Of a stretch of 64,000 bases of DNA, positions 9,925 through 20,415 are shown one piece after another. The translations under genes and the position numbers were made by a program. This DNA is from an uncultured delta proteobacterium (lineage in GTDB: Bacteria > Myxococcota_A > Polyangia > Haliangiales > Haliangiaceae), in assembly GCA_963848295.1 (NCBI GenBank), contig CAWKDB010000010.1, forward strand, positions 4,192,001-4,256,000, in the 5' to 3' direction. Position 1 is the first letter of the stretch. Every line of letters starts with the position of its first letter. Under the pieces are notes generated by a model. It was not told the DNA's origin. It searched no databases and saw only the letters and a list, made by a program, of their open reading frames with translations.

Positions 9925-10181
9925 TTCTTGCCGTACTCCCGGCGCAGCTGGCGCACGACGACGAAGAGATAGAGTCCGAACGCCGTCGTCCCGACCACTT
10001 GGCCGACGGTCATAGCGAGCATCACGGGGAGCGGCGTCGGCTGGAGCATCGACCACACCATCAGGGCGAGCCCGATCAGGGTCAGCACCGCGGCCAGACG
10101 CAACGCGAGCGTCGCGCGGCGGCTCAGACCGCCGGCGTCTGCGGGCTGCTCCGGCTCGGCAGCTGTGGTCTCGTCGGTCAT
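9921..10181 (-). CDS. Small 2-TM membrane protein in cytochrome operon
   Basis: MTDETT...; ATG overlaps the reconstructed NapC stop; two TM helices. Confidence 0.7.
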   Translation of the reverse strand: MTDETTAAEPEQPADAGGLSRRATLALRLAAVLTLIGLALMVWSMLQPTPLPVMLAMTVGQVVGTTAFGLYLFVVVRQLRREYGKK

Positions 10182-10817
10182 GGGATCGGTCCATTCGACT
10201 TGGAGAACGGGTGCGCCGGACCGTGGCAACCCGCGCTCGCGCAGCTCACCGAGCCATCGCGTACCCGATCGAGCAGGCTCTCGTGCTCCTTGACCTGGTT
10301 CCAGATCGGATCTGTCGGTGGAGTGGCACTGCATGCACGTCGAGTTCTGGAACGGCTCGCGGATGTGGATCTTCGCGCGCGCCTCCTCGAGCGACATGTT
10401 GCGGTAGTGCAGCGTGTACTCGTAGACGTGGCGCAGCCCGCCCATCTTCGTGACGATCGTGCCGAACATCCCGTAGTTCGCGTGGCACGCGTAGCAGTTC
10501 TCGTCGCCGAACATCGGATTGCGCGCGTGACGCGCCGCCAGTGTCGTGCTGTTCGGATCTTCGGAGTCGGTGCGGTACGGCGTCATCACATGGCACGACC
10601 CGCAGAACGACCGCTGCTTCGTCGCTTCGAAGCCTGCGACGTTGCCGGTCGTCGCGGTCGCGATCGGCAAGACGCCGATCCCGAGGAGCAGCACCAGCTT
10701 CGTGGCGTGTGACAGGGCGGGCCGGCGCACGAGGTACCACAGCACCAGCAGCGCGGACCCCGTCGCGCACATGAGCGCCATCGAGAGGAACGGATGACTA
10801 AAGATCCACGACGCCAT
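10178..10817 (-). CDS. NapC/NirT (CymA-like) membrane tetraheme quinol dehydrogenase, one frameshift near 10316
   Basis: N-terminal TM segments, FCGSCHVM, CYACH, CMQCH; after 1-nt shift DPIWNQVKEH...CASAGCH (CX4CH)...TGA 10178. Confidence 0.85.
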
Positions 10818-11985
10818 TGATGTGCTCGCTCGTGCCGTTGGTGACGATGATGTTGCCGAACGCATCGACCGTGCCGGAATGGCAGGCCGCGCAGCTCGTC
10901 AACGTCATCGTCGGTGTGTGCGGTGCGTCGCTCGGCGGAATTCCGTGGCAGCTGCCGCAGGTGACCTCACCCGTCGATGTCCAGACCGGCAGCGAGGGCC
11001 CATGGCAATACGAGCTCGCGCAGGTCTGCGCGTCGCGATCCCAGGCGAGGCTCGCGTTCACGATCGCGGGGCCCGCGTGATCGATGTGACCCGGCGAGTC
11101 GATCGTGGTCGGCACGACGTGGCACGTCGCGCACGGGATCGGCGCGGAGATGTGCGACGACGCCTGGAGGTGCGCTTGATGCGCGCCCACGCCGATCGCG
11201 GTCGTGAACGTGTTGCCCGAGAGGTCGACCGGCGGCGCGGGCGACGCGGCGCTGCCGTGACACCCGCTGCACCCGGGCTCGCGCCCGACCTGGACGATGC
11301 CGTCGATGTGCGGCGCCGACGGCGGATGGCACGTCGCGCAATCGTTGCGCGCGTGGCTCGGCGGTGGATTGCCGTGACAGCGGTCGCAACCGCCCGTCGG
11401 CGTCGGGTCGTTCCAGCGTATCGCGGTCGCCGTGCCGCCACCGTTGCCGAGCACGGCGCCGTGACAGTAGACGTTCGTGCAGGTCGCGCCGTCCCACGTC
11501 GGAGGGGCGGCGCGATTCGCCGGATCGCCGAGAGAGGCGCGCGCGCCGAACGTCACCGCCGCCGGCGCCGTGATCGCGACGCCGTTGTGGAGGATGTGGC
11601 CGTCTTGGTCCCAGCTCGTCGGCACGACGTGACACTCGGCGCAGCTCACCGTGGTCAGCGTCGTGTTCGCGTGGTCGGGGTGCGCGTTGCTGGTCGGCCC
11701 GTTGCCGTGACACGTCACGCATGCGGTCGGTCCCGCGGCATGGCAGCTCAAGCACGACACGCCCGACGTGCCGCCGCTGAAATCGGAGCCGTGGCAGCTC
11801 GCGCACAACGCGAAGTTCCAGTTCTGGCTTTCGAGCAGCGCACCGTGAAAGCTCGGGCTGGTCGGATCGAGAATCCCGGGCGGGTGAATGGTCGCGCCGC
11901 AATCGGTCGTGCATGCGCCACCGAGCGTGCGCGGATCGTCGCAGCCCGCACCGCACAGCACGAGCACGATGGCCACCCGCCACAT
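10798..11985 (-). CDS. 12-heme lipoprotein cytochrome with CxxxxCH/CxxCH modules
   Basis: 10 CxxCH + 2 CX4CH (CTNVYCH, CASSYCH), each CX4CH followed by W..CxxCHGxPP; GAGC lipobox. Confidence 0.9.
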   Translation of the reverse strand: MWRVAIVLVLCGAGCDDPRTLGGACTTDCGATIHPPGILDPTSPSFHGALLESQNWNFALCASCHGSDFSGGTSGVSCLSCHAAGPTACVTCHGNGPTSNAHPDHANTTLTTVSCAECHVVPTSWDQDGHILHNGVAITAPAAVTFGARASLGDPANRAAPPTWDGATCTNVYCHGAVLGNGGGTATAIRWNDPTPTGGCDRCHGNPPPSHARNDCATCHPPSAPHIDGIVQVGREPGCSGCHGSAASPAPPVDLSGNTFTTAIGVGAHQAHLQASSHISAPIPCATCHVVPTTIDSPGHIDHAGPAIVNASLAWDRDAQTCASSYCHGPSLPVWTSTGEVTCGSCHGIPPSDAPHTPTMTLTSCAACHSGTVDAFGNIIVTNGTSEHINGVVDL

Positions 11986-11989
11986 CACG

Positions 11990-14203
11990 TCACGGCGTGC
12001 CGTGGAAGAGCGAGACGTCCTCGACCATCCCGGGGCCGTGGCACGTCGCGCACGCCTCGACACCGCCGACGGTCGTGTTGAGCTGCGCGTGGGCCAGCGT
12101 ATAAGGCGCGTCGTGACAGCTCGTGCATGCGGAGGTCTGCGGCTGGAGCTGTATCGTCGACGTCACCGTCCAGAACGGGCTGTCGCAGTAGCTCGCGGTG
12201 CTGACGACGGTCTCCGAGCAGCCCATCAGCGACACCGTGCTCGGGGCGTACGCGGGCGACGCGGTCAGCGGCAGCGTCCAGTTCTTGCTCGTGTGGCACG
12301 CACCGCAACTCGTGAGCGGCGCCGGATAGCGATCGGCACCGAAGTTGTTTTGGGTCCCGCCCGGGTTCGCCACGGAGGGCAGCGGAAAGCCGCCGATCAG
12401 GTAGGGCTCGCTGAGCTGATCGCCGGCGTGGACCTTGTGAATGAAGTGACGGAAGTCGATCGTGTCGGCGAGCACGTTGCTCGAGCCCTGGAAGCGCGGC
12501 GCGCCGGCGGTGTCCGATGCCGCGGGGTTATGACAGAACACGCAGTACTGTGGGTTCGTACGAGCGCCGCCATGTGCGGCGAGGCCGTGGTGACAGCTGT
12601 TGCAGTTATCGAGCGCCACGATCGTTCGCCGTGGCTGCGGCGTGGCGTCGGTGACCGCGAACGTGAGCACCGGGTTCACCGTCGCGTAGCGCGGATCGCT
12701 CGACGTTGGCTGCAGGTAGCCTTCGAGTCCGACCGAGTAGCTGCCGGTCGCCGTCGGCGGGATCGCGGCGCTCGCCGGGAAGACGTAGCGATACGTCCCG
12801 GTCCCGGCGTCGACCAGGCTCAACGCGCCGACCGCACCGCTGCCCTGTACCTTGGCCTGCCATTCGGTCGCGTAGTCGGTGGTCGGGCCCGCGATCGTCG
12901 CGGTGATCGCGGTGAGCGGCGACCCGATCAGATTCGCCGGCGCGCCGTCGACCATCGCCGTGAACGTCAGCGTCGGCGTCTGGCCAGGCCCGGTGTTCGT
13001 CATCGACTGGATCGCGAGCGCGACGGTGGTCGCCGTCGGTGACAACAGGCCAACGAAGTGGAAGTCGGCGATGCCGGCGATGCTGCCGCTCGCGGGATGG
13101 CATACCGCACACGGCGCGTCGTCGGGCTGTACGCCGCCGCCGTGGAGGACCATTCCAGTCGGGACCGGCAGGCTGAACGAGATGTTGTCGTGACACGACG
13201 TGCACGCAGTCTTCGCGGGCGAGGTCTCCCAGCGATCGCCATCGGTGCCGGCGTGGCACGCGGTGCAGCGCTGTGTGCCCGACGCGGCGATCCCCGATGG
13301 ACCGGCGGTCGGGATCGGCACCGCCTCGGGGAACACCACGGTCGAGAAGTCGTTGACCGATCCCATGTATCCGACGATCTGGTACGGGGTTCCGGAGGCC
13401 ACGCTCGGCAGGCCAGCGCCGTCGTGGATCTTGTGAATCATCACCTTGAAGTCGAGCGTGTTGCCGGTGCTCGGATCGCTCGACTGCGGCTGATGACAAA
13501 GGATGCACTGCGCCGTCGAGGTCCACCGGCCGCCGTGCATCGACAGGTCTTTGTGGCAGCTGTTGCACGTCGTGTCGGTGACCTCCTGCCTGGAGATCGG
13601 AGTCCCGCCGTCGGGGCGCGCAGAGAACGTGGCGTTGCCGATCGACTCGGATGCGCCGATCGTGCGCACGGCGAGCGCGCCGACCGTCTGCGTGAGCGAC
13701 GACATGATGCCGGTCGTAGGGGCGGCGAACGCATACGTGTACTCGCCCTTTGCAAGGTCGACGACATCGAGCGTGCCACTCGATTCGGCCTGCGCCTGCG
13801 TCGCCATCGCGCCCGAGCCGCTCGTCGCTTGCTGCGTCGTGTACGCGGTGTACTGTGCAGCTGAACCATCGGTGTTCTTCGCGAGCTGCGCGAGCACGAA
13901 GCTGGTCGCGACCTTGCCGTCGGTCAGCCGGCCGCTGATATCGAGCGGTGCACCGGTGCCATCCGTGACGGTAAAGCTGACCGTCGCCGAGTCGCTGCCG
14001 AACGCGAGACCGGTGACTTCGATCGACACCGCGGACTGCGTCAGCCACGGTCCGATGCCGGCCTCGCCGGGCGGTCCGGCATCGCCGGTCGGGCCGGTTG
14101 GCCCGGTTGGCCCGGCATCTCCAGTGGCACCGGCCGGACCTTGGGGACCGGCCGGGCCGTCGCACGCAGTGACGAACAACAACGACATGAGGATCCAGCG
14201 CAT
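11990..14203 (-). CDS. OmcA/MtrC-family decaheme outer-surface cytochrome lipoprotein
   Basis: VTAC lipobox; 10 CxxCH in two pentaheme blocks; HGGxR, DFKVMIHKIH and DFRHFIHKVH signatures. Confidence 0.9.
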   Translation of the reverse strand: MRWILMSLLFVTACDGPAGPQGPAGATGDAGPTGPTGPTGDAGPPGEAGIGPWLTQSAVSIEVTGLAFGSDSATVSFTVTDGTGAPLDISGRLTDGKVATSFVLAQLAKNTDGSAAQYTAYTTQQATSGSGAMATQAQAESSGTLDVVDLAKGEYTYAFAAPTTGIMSSLTQTVGALAVRTIGASESIGNATFSARPDGGTPISRQEVTDTTCNSCHKDLSMHGGRWTSTAQCILCHQPQSSDPSTGNTLDFKVMIHKIHDGAGLPSVASGTPYQIVGYMGSVNDFSTVVFPEAVPIPTAGPSGIAASGTQRCTACHAGTDGDRWETSPAKTACTSCHDNISFSLPVPTGMVLHGGGVQPDDAPCAVCHPASGSIAGIADFHFVGLLSPTATTVALAIQSMTNTGPGQTPTLTFTAMVDGAPANLIGSPLTAITATIAGPTTDYATEWQAKVQGSGAVGALSLVDAGTGTYRYVFPASAAIPPTATGSYSVGLEGYLQPTSSDPRYATVNPVLTFAVTDATPQPRRTIVALDNCNSCHHGLAAHGGARTNPQYCVFCHNPAASDTAGAPRFQGSSNVLADTIDFRHFIHKVHAGDQLSEPYLIGGFPLPSVANPGGTQNNFGADRYPAPLTSCGACHTSKNWTLPLTASPAYAPSTVSLMGCSETVVSTASYCDSPFWTVTSTIQLQPQTSACTSCHDAPYTLAHAQLNTTVGGVEACATCHGPGMVEDVSLFHGTP
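14060..14158 (-). repeat. Collagen-like (Gly-X-Y)11 linker after lipobox
   Basis: GPAGPQGPAGATGDAGPTGPTGPTGDAGPPGEA. Confidence 0.85.
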
Positions 14204-14217
14204 TGCGGCCTTGCTCT

Positions 14218-14437
14218 ATCACGTCGCGTGCCATCACAAGAAGTTCGCGACCTCGCTGGTCATCCGAGGCATTCGGCCTCGAACCGCGAGGCGGTCGGCT
14301 CGGGAGCGCGCATCGCGGGACGCTCGTGAGCGCGACCGCTCGCTCGGTCGGACCGCAGCGAAGAGATGCACAGGGTTGCGTGGCGGACGGAAAGCGCAAG
14401 CCGTGCGTGCAGGCGCGACCGGCGCGCATGATCTGCG
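14218..14437 (-). promoter_or_regulatory. sigma54-like promoter of cytochrome operon with paired CGCA-N5-TGCG sites
   Basis: TGGCACGCGACGTGAT (14233-14218; GA at -12); perfect sites 14395-14407 and 14425-14437. Confidence 0.7.
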
Positions 14438-14442
14438 CGTTC

Positions 14443-15024
14443 TCAATAGAGCGGCCACTCGTCGGGGCGGAGCGTCGCGCAGTGCTGATCGTAGGTGTAC
14501 CGGTGCGGCGGGACGTAGTGATGCGTCGCCTCGACGGTCTTCATGTCCAGGAGCTCGACGTAGTCGTAGGTCTTGGGCCGCGCGACCTCGACCGTACAAC
14601 CGGCCTCGCGCACGACGCGCTCGGACACCGAGCCGAGCACGAACCGTTCGACCCCGACGAGGCCCTTGCTTCCCACGATGATCAGATCCGCGCCGACTTC
14701 ACGGGCGAGCATCAGGATCTCGTCGGCGGGATGGCCGATGCGCGCGTGGACGAAGAAGTGAACGCGATCGGTGATCGCCGCCGCGCCGAGCTCCTCGGCG
14801 ATCGACTGGGTCATCGCCTGCTGCACGCGCTCGGTGTAATCGTAATCGACGTGCCCGTGCCGAGGCAGTGGTGCGACAGAGCCATGCGGCTCGACCACGC
14901 AGACGAAGTGCAGCGTGTGAAACGGTGCGCGCTTCGCGAGCGCGATGGCGCGGTACATCGCGTCGCGGCTGCTCTTGCTGAAGTCATAACCAACGACGAC
15001 CTGGGTATGGTTGGTGTTGCTCAT
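14443..15024 (-). CDS. Universal stress protein (USP) with C-terminal extension
   Basis: VVVGYDFS...ADLIIVGSKG...VLGSVSERVVREAGCTV. Confidence 0.9.
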   Translation of the reverse strand: MSNTNHTQVVVGYDFSKSSRDAMYRAIALAKRAPFHTLHFVCVVEPHGSVAPLPRHGHVDYDYTERVQQAMTQSIAEELGAAAITDRVHFFVHARIGHPADEILMLAREVGADLIIVGSKGLVGVERFVLGSVSERVVREAGCTVEVARPKTYDYVELLDMKTVEATHHYVPPHRYTYDQHCATLRPDEWPLY

Positions 15025-15037
15025 GCTCGGCCTTGAA

Positions 15038-15053
15038 GGCAACTGACGTGCCA
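15038..15053 (-). promoter_or_regulatory. sigma54 promoter
   Basis: TGGCACGTCAGTTGCC, near-consensus; ATG 14 nt downstream. Confidence 0.8.
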
Positions 15054-15055
15054 GG

Positions 15056-15469
15056 TCACGCACGCGCGTGTTTGACGCCGATGTCGATGCCCGAGAGCGC
15101 GCGGTACGCAATATCGACGAAGTCGGTGCTCGTGATAATGCCGATCGGATGTTCGGCGTCGTCGACGACAGGGACTGCGCTGTACTTGCCGCGGATCAAG
15201 CGCTCGGCGGCGTACGCGGCCGGTGTGCCTGGCCCGACGGTGATCACGCTGCGCGACATGACCGACCCTATGGTCGCAGCTCGATCCGCCGTGCGCAGCA
15301 GGTCGCGATCGGAGACCACCCCGACCAGCTTCCCCGAGATATCGACGACGAGCAGGTGCCGGATCTCGTCGTGCGCCATCTCGTTCGCTGCAAGCGCGAC
15401 GTCGTCGTCGTCCTCGAAAATCGTTCGCAGGTTGACCTTCATGATGTCGGCACACGAGAGGTTCGGCAT
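15056..15469 (-). CDS. CBS-pair protein
   Basis: IRHLLVVD..GKLVGVVSDRDL; AVPVVD...IGIITSTD. Confidence 0.9.
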   Translation of the reverse strand: MPNLSCADIMKVNLRTIFEDDDDVALAANEMAHDEIRHLLVVDISGKLVGVVSDRDLLRTADRAATIGSVMSRSVITVGPGTPAAYAAERLIRGKYSAVPVVDDAEHPIGIITSTDFVDIAYRALSGIDIGVKHARA

Positions 15470-15481
15470 GGTTGCGATCAC

Positions 15482-15605
15482 TTCACGTGTCGTGCCGGGC
15501 CTCGCGCTGCTTTTCCGGCAAGCGATGCGGAACGGACAGGCGGCGCCGCCGACTTTGCGCGAATCCAAGATCGATCGGCCGAGTTGCCGTGGCGCGCGGC
15601 TTGCT
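15482..15605. promoter_or_regulatory. Divergent sigma54 promoters with two imperfect CGCA-N5-TGCG sites
   Basis: Minus CGGCACGACACGTGAA (15497-15482); sites 15517-15529 and 15547-15559; plus TGGCGCGCGGCTTGCT (15590-15605). Confidence 0.65.
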
Positions 15606-15627
15606 GCTCCTCGGGTGGGAGGTACCT

Positions 15628-16167
15628 ATGCCGGCGACCAATACATCCACGCAGCACGTGTATCGGGGCCACGGCGACCACTCCGTGCGCGAGCCGGTCT
15701 GCGACGACGCCCGGTCGAGCGACACGCGCGTCCCGACGATCGCGGACTCCGTTCCGGTGAGCCGTATCATGAGCCGCGACGTCGTATGTGCGCGTGACAA
15801 CCTCGACACCGCCGTGTTGATCGACTTGATGGTGCGCAAGCGAGTCGGTTGTGTCCCGGTCGTCGATCATGACGGCTGTCCGATCGGCATGGTCACCAAA
15901 CAGGATCTGGTCGAGCTCCTGCTTGGCGGGCGTGGACCGGACGCCGCACCAGGTCTTACCACCGGGCAGATCATGATGCCGCTCGCTTTCACCCTCGACG
16001 AGCACGCCACGATCGACCACGTGGCCGCGATGATGAGCATCGAGGACGTCCATCATGTGCCGATCGTCGCCGAGAGCGGCTGCCTGATCGGCATCGTGTC
16101 CTCGCTCGACATCGTGCGCTGGCTTGCGACCAACGACGGCTTGGTCGACGCTTCATCGCGGGGATGA
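15628..16167 (+). CDS. CBS-pair protein
   Basis: GGAGG RBS; IMSRDVV...CVPVVD...GMVTKQDL; HHVPIV...GIVSSLD. Confidence 0.9.
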   Translation: MPATNTSTQHVYRGHGDHSVREPVCDDARSSDTRVPTIADSVPVSRIMSRDVVCARDNLDTAVLIDLMVRKRVGCVPVVDHDGCPIGMVTKQDLVELLLGGRGPDAAPGLTTGQIMMPLAFTLDEHATIDHVAAMMSIEDVHHVPIVAESGCLIGIVSSLDIVRWLATNDGLVDASSRG

Positions 16168-16329
16168 GGCGCGATCCGACGGGGCCCGCCGCGCGCGACC
16201 AGCGACCGATAACGCGGAGTAATCGCAGGCTCGGGCTTGCGTTCCGTAGGGTCGTCGTCGAAGCTTACGGCGGGAAAATTTGGGTCGAGCAGGCCGACCC
16301 GGGTCCCGCATTCGTGATCAGGATCTACA

Positions 16330-18267
16330 ATGCTCGTTGACTGGAACGTCCCATTCCGAGCGTTGATCGACGCCGCGCCGGACGGCCTCGTCGTAGTCGA
16401 CACGCACGGCACGATCGCGCTCGTCAACGCCGAGGCCGAGCGGATGTTCGGATATTCCCACGATCACCTGCTGAACCAGCCGATCGACATGCTCGTCCCC
16501 GATTCGGTCCGCCCGCGGCACGCGGGTCACCTGGCCGGCTACGTGTCCGCACCCAAGCTCCGCCCGATGGGCTCGAACCTCGATCTGCGCGGCCGGCGCA
16601 AAGACGGCACGGAGTTCCCGGTCGAGATCAGCTTGGCGCCGATCACGACCGATCGCGGCACGCTGATCATCGCCGGGATCCGCGATGTCACCGATCGGCG
16701 CCAGCTCGAGCGACAGCATCGCCGCGCGAGCGCGTACCTGGTCTCCGCGGTCGACGCCGTGCAGGACGCCTTCACGTTGTTCGACGAGCAGGATCGCGTG
16801 ATGATGGTGAACAGCGCCGCGCGCCAACTATTGGGGGGCCCGAGCGGCGAGGCGATCGTCGGCCGTCGCTTCGACGAGCTCCTCCGCGACGCGCTCGCGA
16901 GCGGCGTGTTCGATTTCAGCGACGAGACGCGCGAGTCACTGCAGCGGCGCTGGCTCGACTACCATCGAGCGCCGTCGGGCACGCTCGAGGTTCGCACGGG
17001 AACCGGCCGTTATCTGCGCGTGACCGAGCGCAAGACCGCCGATCACGGCACGGTCTCGACGATCGCGGATGTGACCGACGATGTCGCGCGCGCCGAGGAG
17101 CTGGGGCGTGCACGCGAGATCGCCGAAGCGGCGAGCGCGGCCAAGAGCGAGTTCCTGTCCTCGATGAGCCACGAGCTGCGGACGCCACTCAACGCGGTCC
17201 TGGGGTTCGCCCAGCTGCTCGAGCGCGACCGCAAGCAGCCGCTCAGCGATCGCCAGCTCGAACGGCTCGGTCACGTGATGCGCGGCGGCGAGCACCTCCT
17301 GCGGCTGATCGACGACGTCTTGGACCTCTCGCGGATCGAAGCCGGCCGTGTCGCGATCTCGTCCGAGCCCGTCGAGGTCGGCGAGGTGCTCGGGGAAGTC
17401 GTTCATACACTCGAGCCGATGGCGCACCGTGCGCAGATCGGGCTCGCGGTGCAGCCGACACCGGTGGTGTTGCCCTGTGTCCTCGCCGATCGCACGCGGC
17501 TGTCGCAGATCCTCATGAACTTCGGCTCGAACGCGATCAAGTACGGCAAGCCCAACGGCCACGTCACATTTCGCACCGCCACGATCGGCGATGCGGTGCG
17601 CATCACCGTGGAAGACGACGGCATCGGGATTCCTGACGACAAGCGCGACAAGATCTTCGAGCCGTTTCAGCGCGCGGGCCAGGAAGCGGGGCCGATCGAG
17701 GGGACGGGCATCGGCCTCACGATCAGCAAGCGGCTCGCCGAGATGATGCGGGCGAGCGTCGGGTTCTCCAGCGACGTTGGTCGCGGCTCCGAGTTCTGGA
17801 TCGATCTCGCGATTCACCGCGCGCAGAGCGGCGAGACCCCCACCGCAGTCGCGTCGCCATGGACCGGTTCGCGTCTCGCGGCGGCACCGGGCCGACACCT
17901 GGTGGTTTACGTCGAAGACAACCCATCGAACATCGCGTTCATGCGCCATCTCGTCGAAGAGCTCGCCACGGTGGAGCTCATGACCGCGCCTACCGCGGAG
18001 ATCGGCATCGAGCTGATCCGCGCGCACCGTCCGAAGGTCGTCATCATGGACATCAACCTCCCGGGCATGAGCGGCCTCGAAGCGGTCAAGCGTCTGCGCG
18101 AACTGCCCGAGACGCGCGAAATCCCAGTGATCGGTCTGTCGGCCGCGGCCCTGGTCAAGGATACGTCCCGCGCGAAGGACGCTGGGTTCTATCGTTACCT
18201 CACCAAGCCGGTGAAGGTCGCCGAGCTCACGCAAGCGCTCGAAGAGCTGCTCGTCGGTCCGGTCTAG
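16330..18267 (+). CDS. Hybrid sensor histidine kinase (PAS-PAS-HisKA-HATPase-REC)
   Basis: GRRKDGTEFPVEISL PAS/PAC; SMSHELRTPLN; NAIKY, DDGIG, GTGIGL; REC YVEDN...MDINLPGMSG. Confidence 0.95.
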   Translation: MLVDWNVPFRALIDAAPDGLVVVDTHGTIALVNAEAERMFGYSHDHLLNQPIDMLVPDSVRPRHAGHLAGYVSAPKLRPMGSNLDLRGRRKDGTEFPVEISLAPITTDRGTLIIAGIRDVTDRRQLERQHRRASAYLVSAVDAVQDAFTLFDEQDRVMMVNSAARQLLGGPSGEAIVGRRFDELLRDALASGVFDFSDETRESLQRRWLDYHRAPSGTLEVRTGTGRYLRVTERKTADHGTVSTIADVTDDVARAEELGRAREIAEAASAAKSEFLSSMSHELRTPLNAVLGFAQLLERDRKQPLSDRQLERLGHVMRGGEHLLRLIDDVLDLSRIEAGRVAISSEPVEVGEVLGEVVHTLEPMAHRAQIGLAVQPTPVVLPCVLADRTRLSQILMNFGSNAIKYGKPNGHVTFRTATIGDAVRITVEDDGIGIPDDKRDKIFEPFQRAGQEAGPIEGTGIGLTISKRLAEMMRASVGFSSDVGRGSEFWIDLAIHRAQSGETPTAVASPWTGSRLAAAPGRHLVVYVEDNPSNIAFMRHLVEELATVELMTAPTAEIGIELIRAHRPKVVIMDINLPGMSGLEAVKRLRELPETREIPVIGLSAAALVKDTSRAKDAGFYRYLTKPVKVAELTQALEELLVGPV

Positions 18268-18298
18268 CCGCCGGAACTACGGGCGCGGTGGACCGCAC

Positions 18299-18356
18299 CG
18301 CAACATCTGCGCGATCGCTGCCCCGTTCGCAGCAGTTTGCTGGCCTGGTTCGTGAA
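18299..18356 (+). promoter_or_regulatory. CGCA-N5-TGCG site and sigma54-like promoter
   Basis: Perfect site 18299-18311; TGGCCTGGTTCGTGAA 18341-18356 (GA at -12); ATG 14 nt downstream. Confidence 0.55.
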
Positions 18357-18369
18357 ACAGCACCTGGCC

Positions 18370-18813
18370 ATGGTTCCGAAGACGATCCTGGTCCCCACCG
18401 ACTTCAGCGCGAACGCCGAAGAGGCGCTCGATTACGCCGTGGCGCTTGCCGGCAAGCTCGATGCGCGAGTCTACGTGCTCAATGTAATCGCGATGCAGAT
18501 GTTCGGTGCCGAGTACGGCGTCGCGGTCACCCAGGCGATGGTCGAAGACGTCACGCGGGGCAACCAAGCGGCCCTCGACAAGCTGATCGCCGCACGCACC
18601 GGGAGATCCGCGTTTGGTCCCGCTCAGCTGGAGTACGGCGATGCTCGCGCGGTGATCGAGGCGGTCGCTCGGAAGCTCGGCGCGGACTTGATCGTGATGG
18701 GCACGCACGGGCGGCGCGGGCTCAAGCGCCTGCTGCTCGGCAGTGTCGCCGAGTCTGTCATTCGCACCGCGCCGTGTCCTGTCTTGTTGGTCCGTGCGAC
18801 CGAGGTCAGTTGA
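18370..18813 (+). CDS. Universal stress protein (USP)
   Basis: ILVPTDFS...ADLIVMGTHGRRG...LLGSVAESVIRTAPCPVL. Confidence 0.95.
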   Translation: MVPKTILVPTDFSANAEEALDYAVALAGKLDARVYVLNVIAMQMFGAEYGVAVTQAMVEDVTRGNQAALDKLIAARTGRSAFGPAQLEYGDARAVIEAVARKLGADLIVMGTHGRRGLKRLLLGSVAESVIRTAPCPVLLVRATEVS

Positions 18814-18895
18814 CGAAAGCGGAGCGACGGATGTTGCAACTGCAGAGCGACAACTGCGCGGATCTCGCACGGCGCGAATGCCGCGACGCAGAACC

Positions 18896-18983
18896 AGCAG
18901 ATCCTGCGGGCGCTGGCCCTGGGCCGCAAATCTTGCGCGGATCTTTCCGGAACTAGCTAACCAAGCGTGGCACGCTCCTCGCT
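18896..18983 (+). promoter_or_regulatory. Paired sites plus sigma54 promoter of regulator operon
   Basis: Sites 18896-18908 (1 mismatch) and 18925-18937 (perfect); TGGCACGCTCCTCGCT 18968-18983. Confidence 0.7.
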
Positions 18984-19005
18984 ACATTGGCCGCGAGAGG
19001 TCAGC

Positions 19006-20398
<1,393 letters not shown>

Positions 20399-20415
<17 letters not shown>

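Noticed and set aside
5708..13042. Long antisense and alternative-frame ORFs (e.g. 5708-7348, 6378-8576, 9072-10712; also 35986-38208)
   Set aside because: Arg/Ala-rich shadow ORFs expected at high GC opposite real genes
6026..14203. DNA repeats GTGGCA/GTGACA as CRISPR or tandem repeats
   Set aside because: They are reverse complements of Cys-His codons in heme motifs; no constant repeat-spacer period and no cas genes
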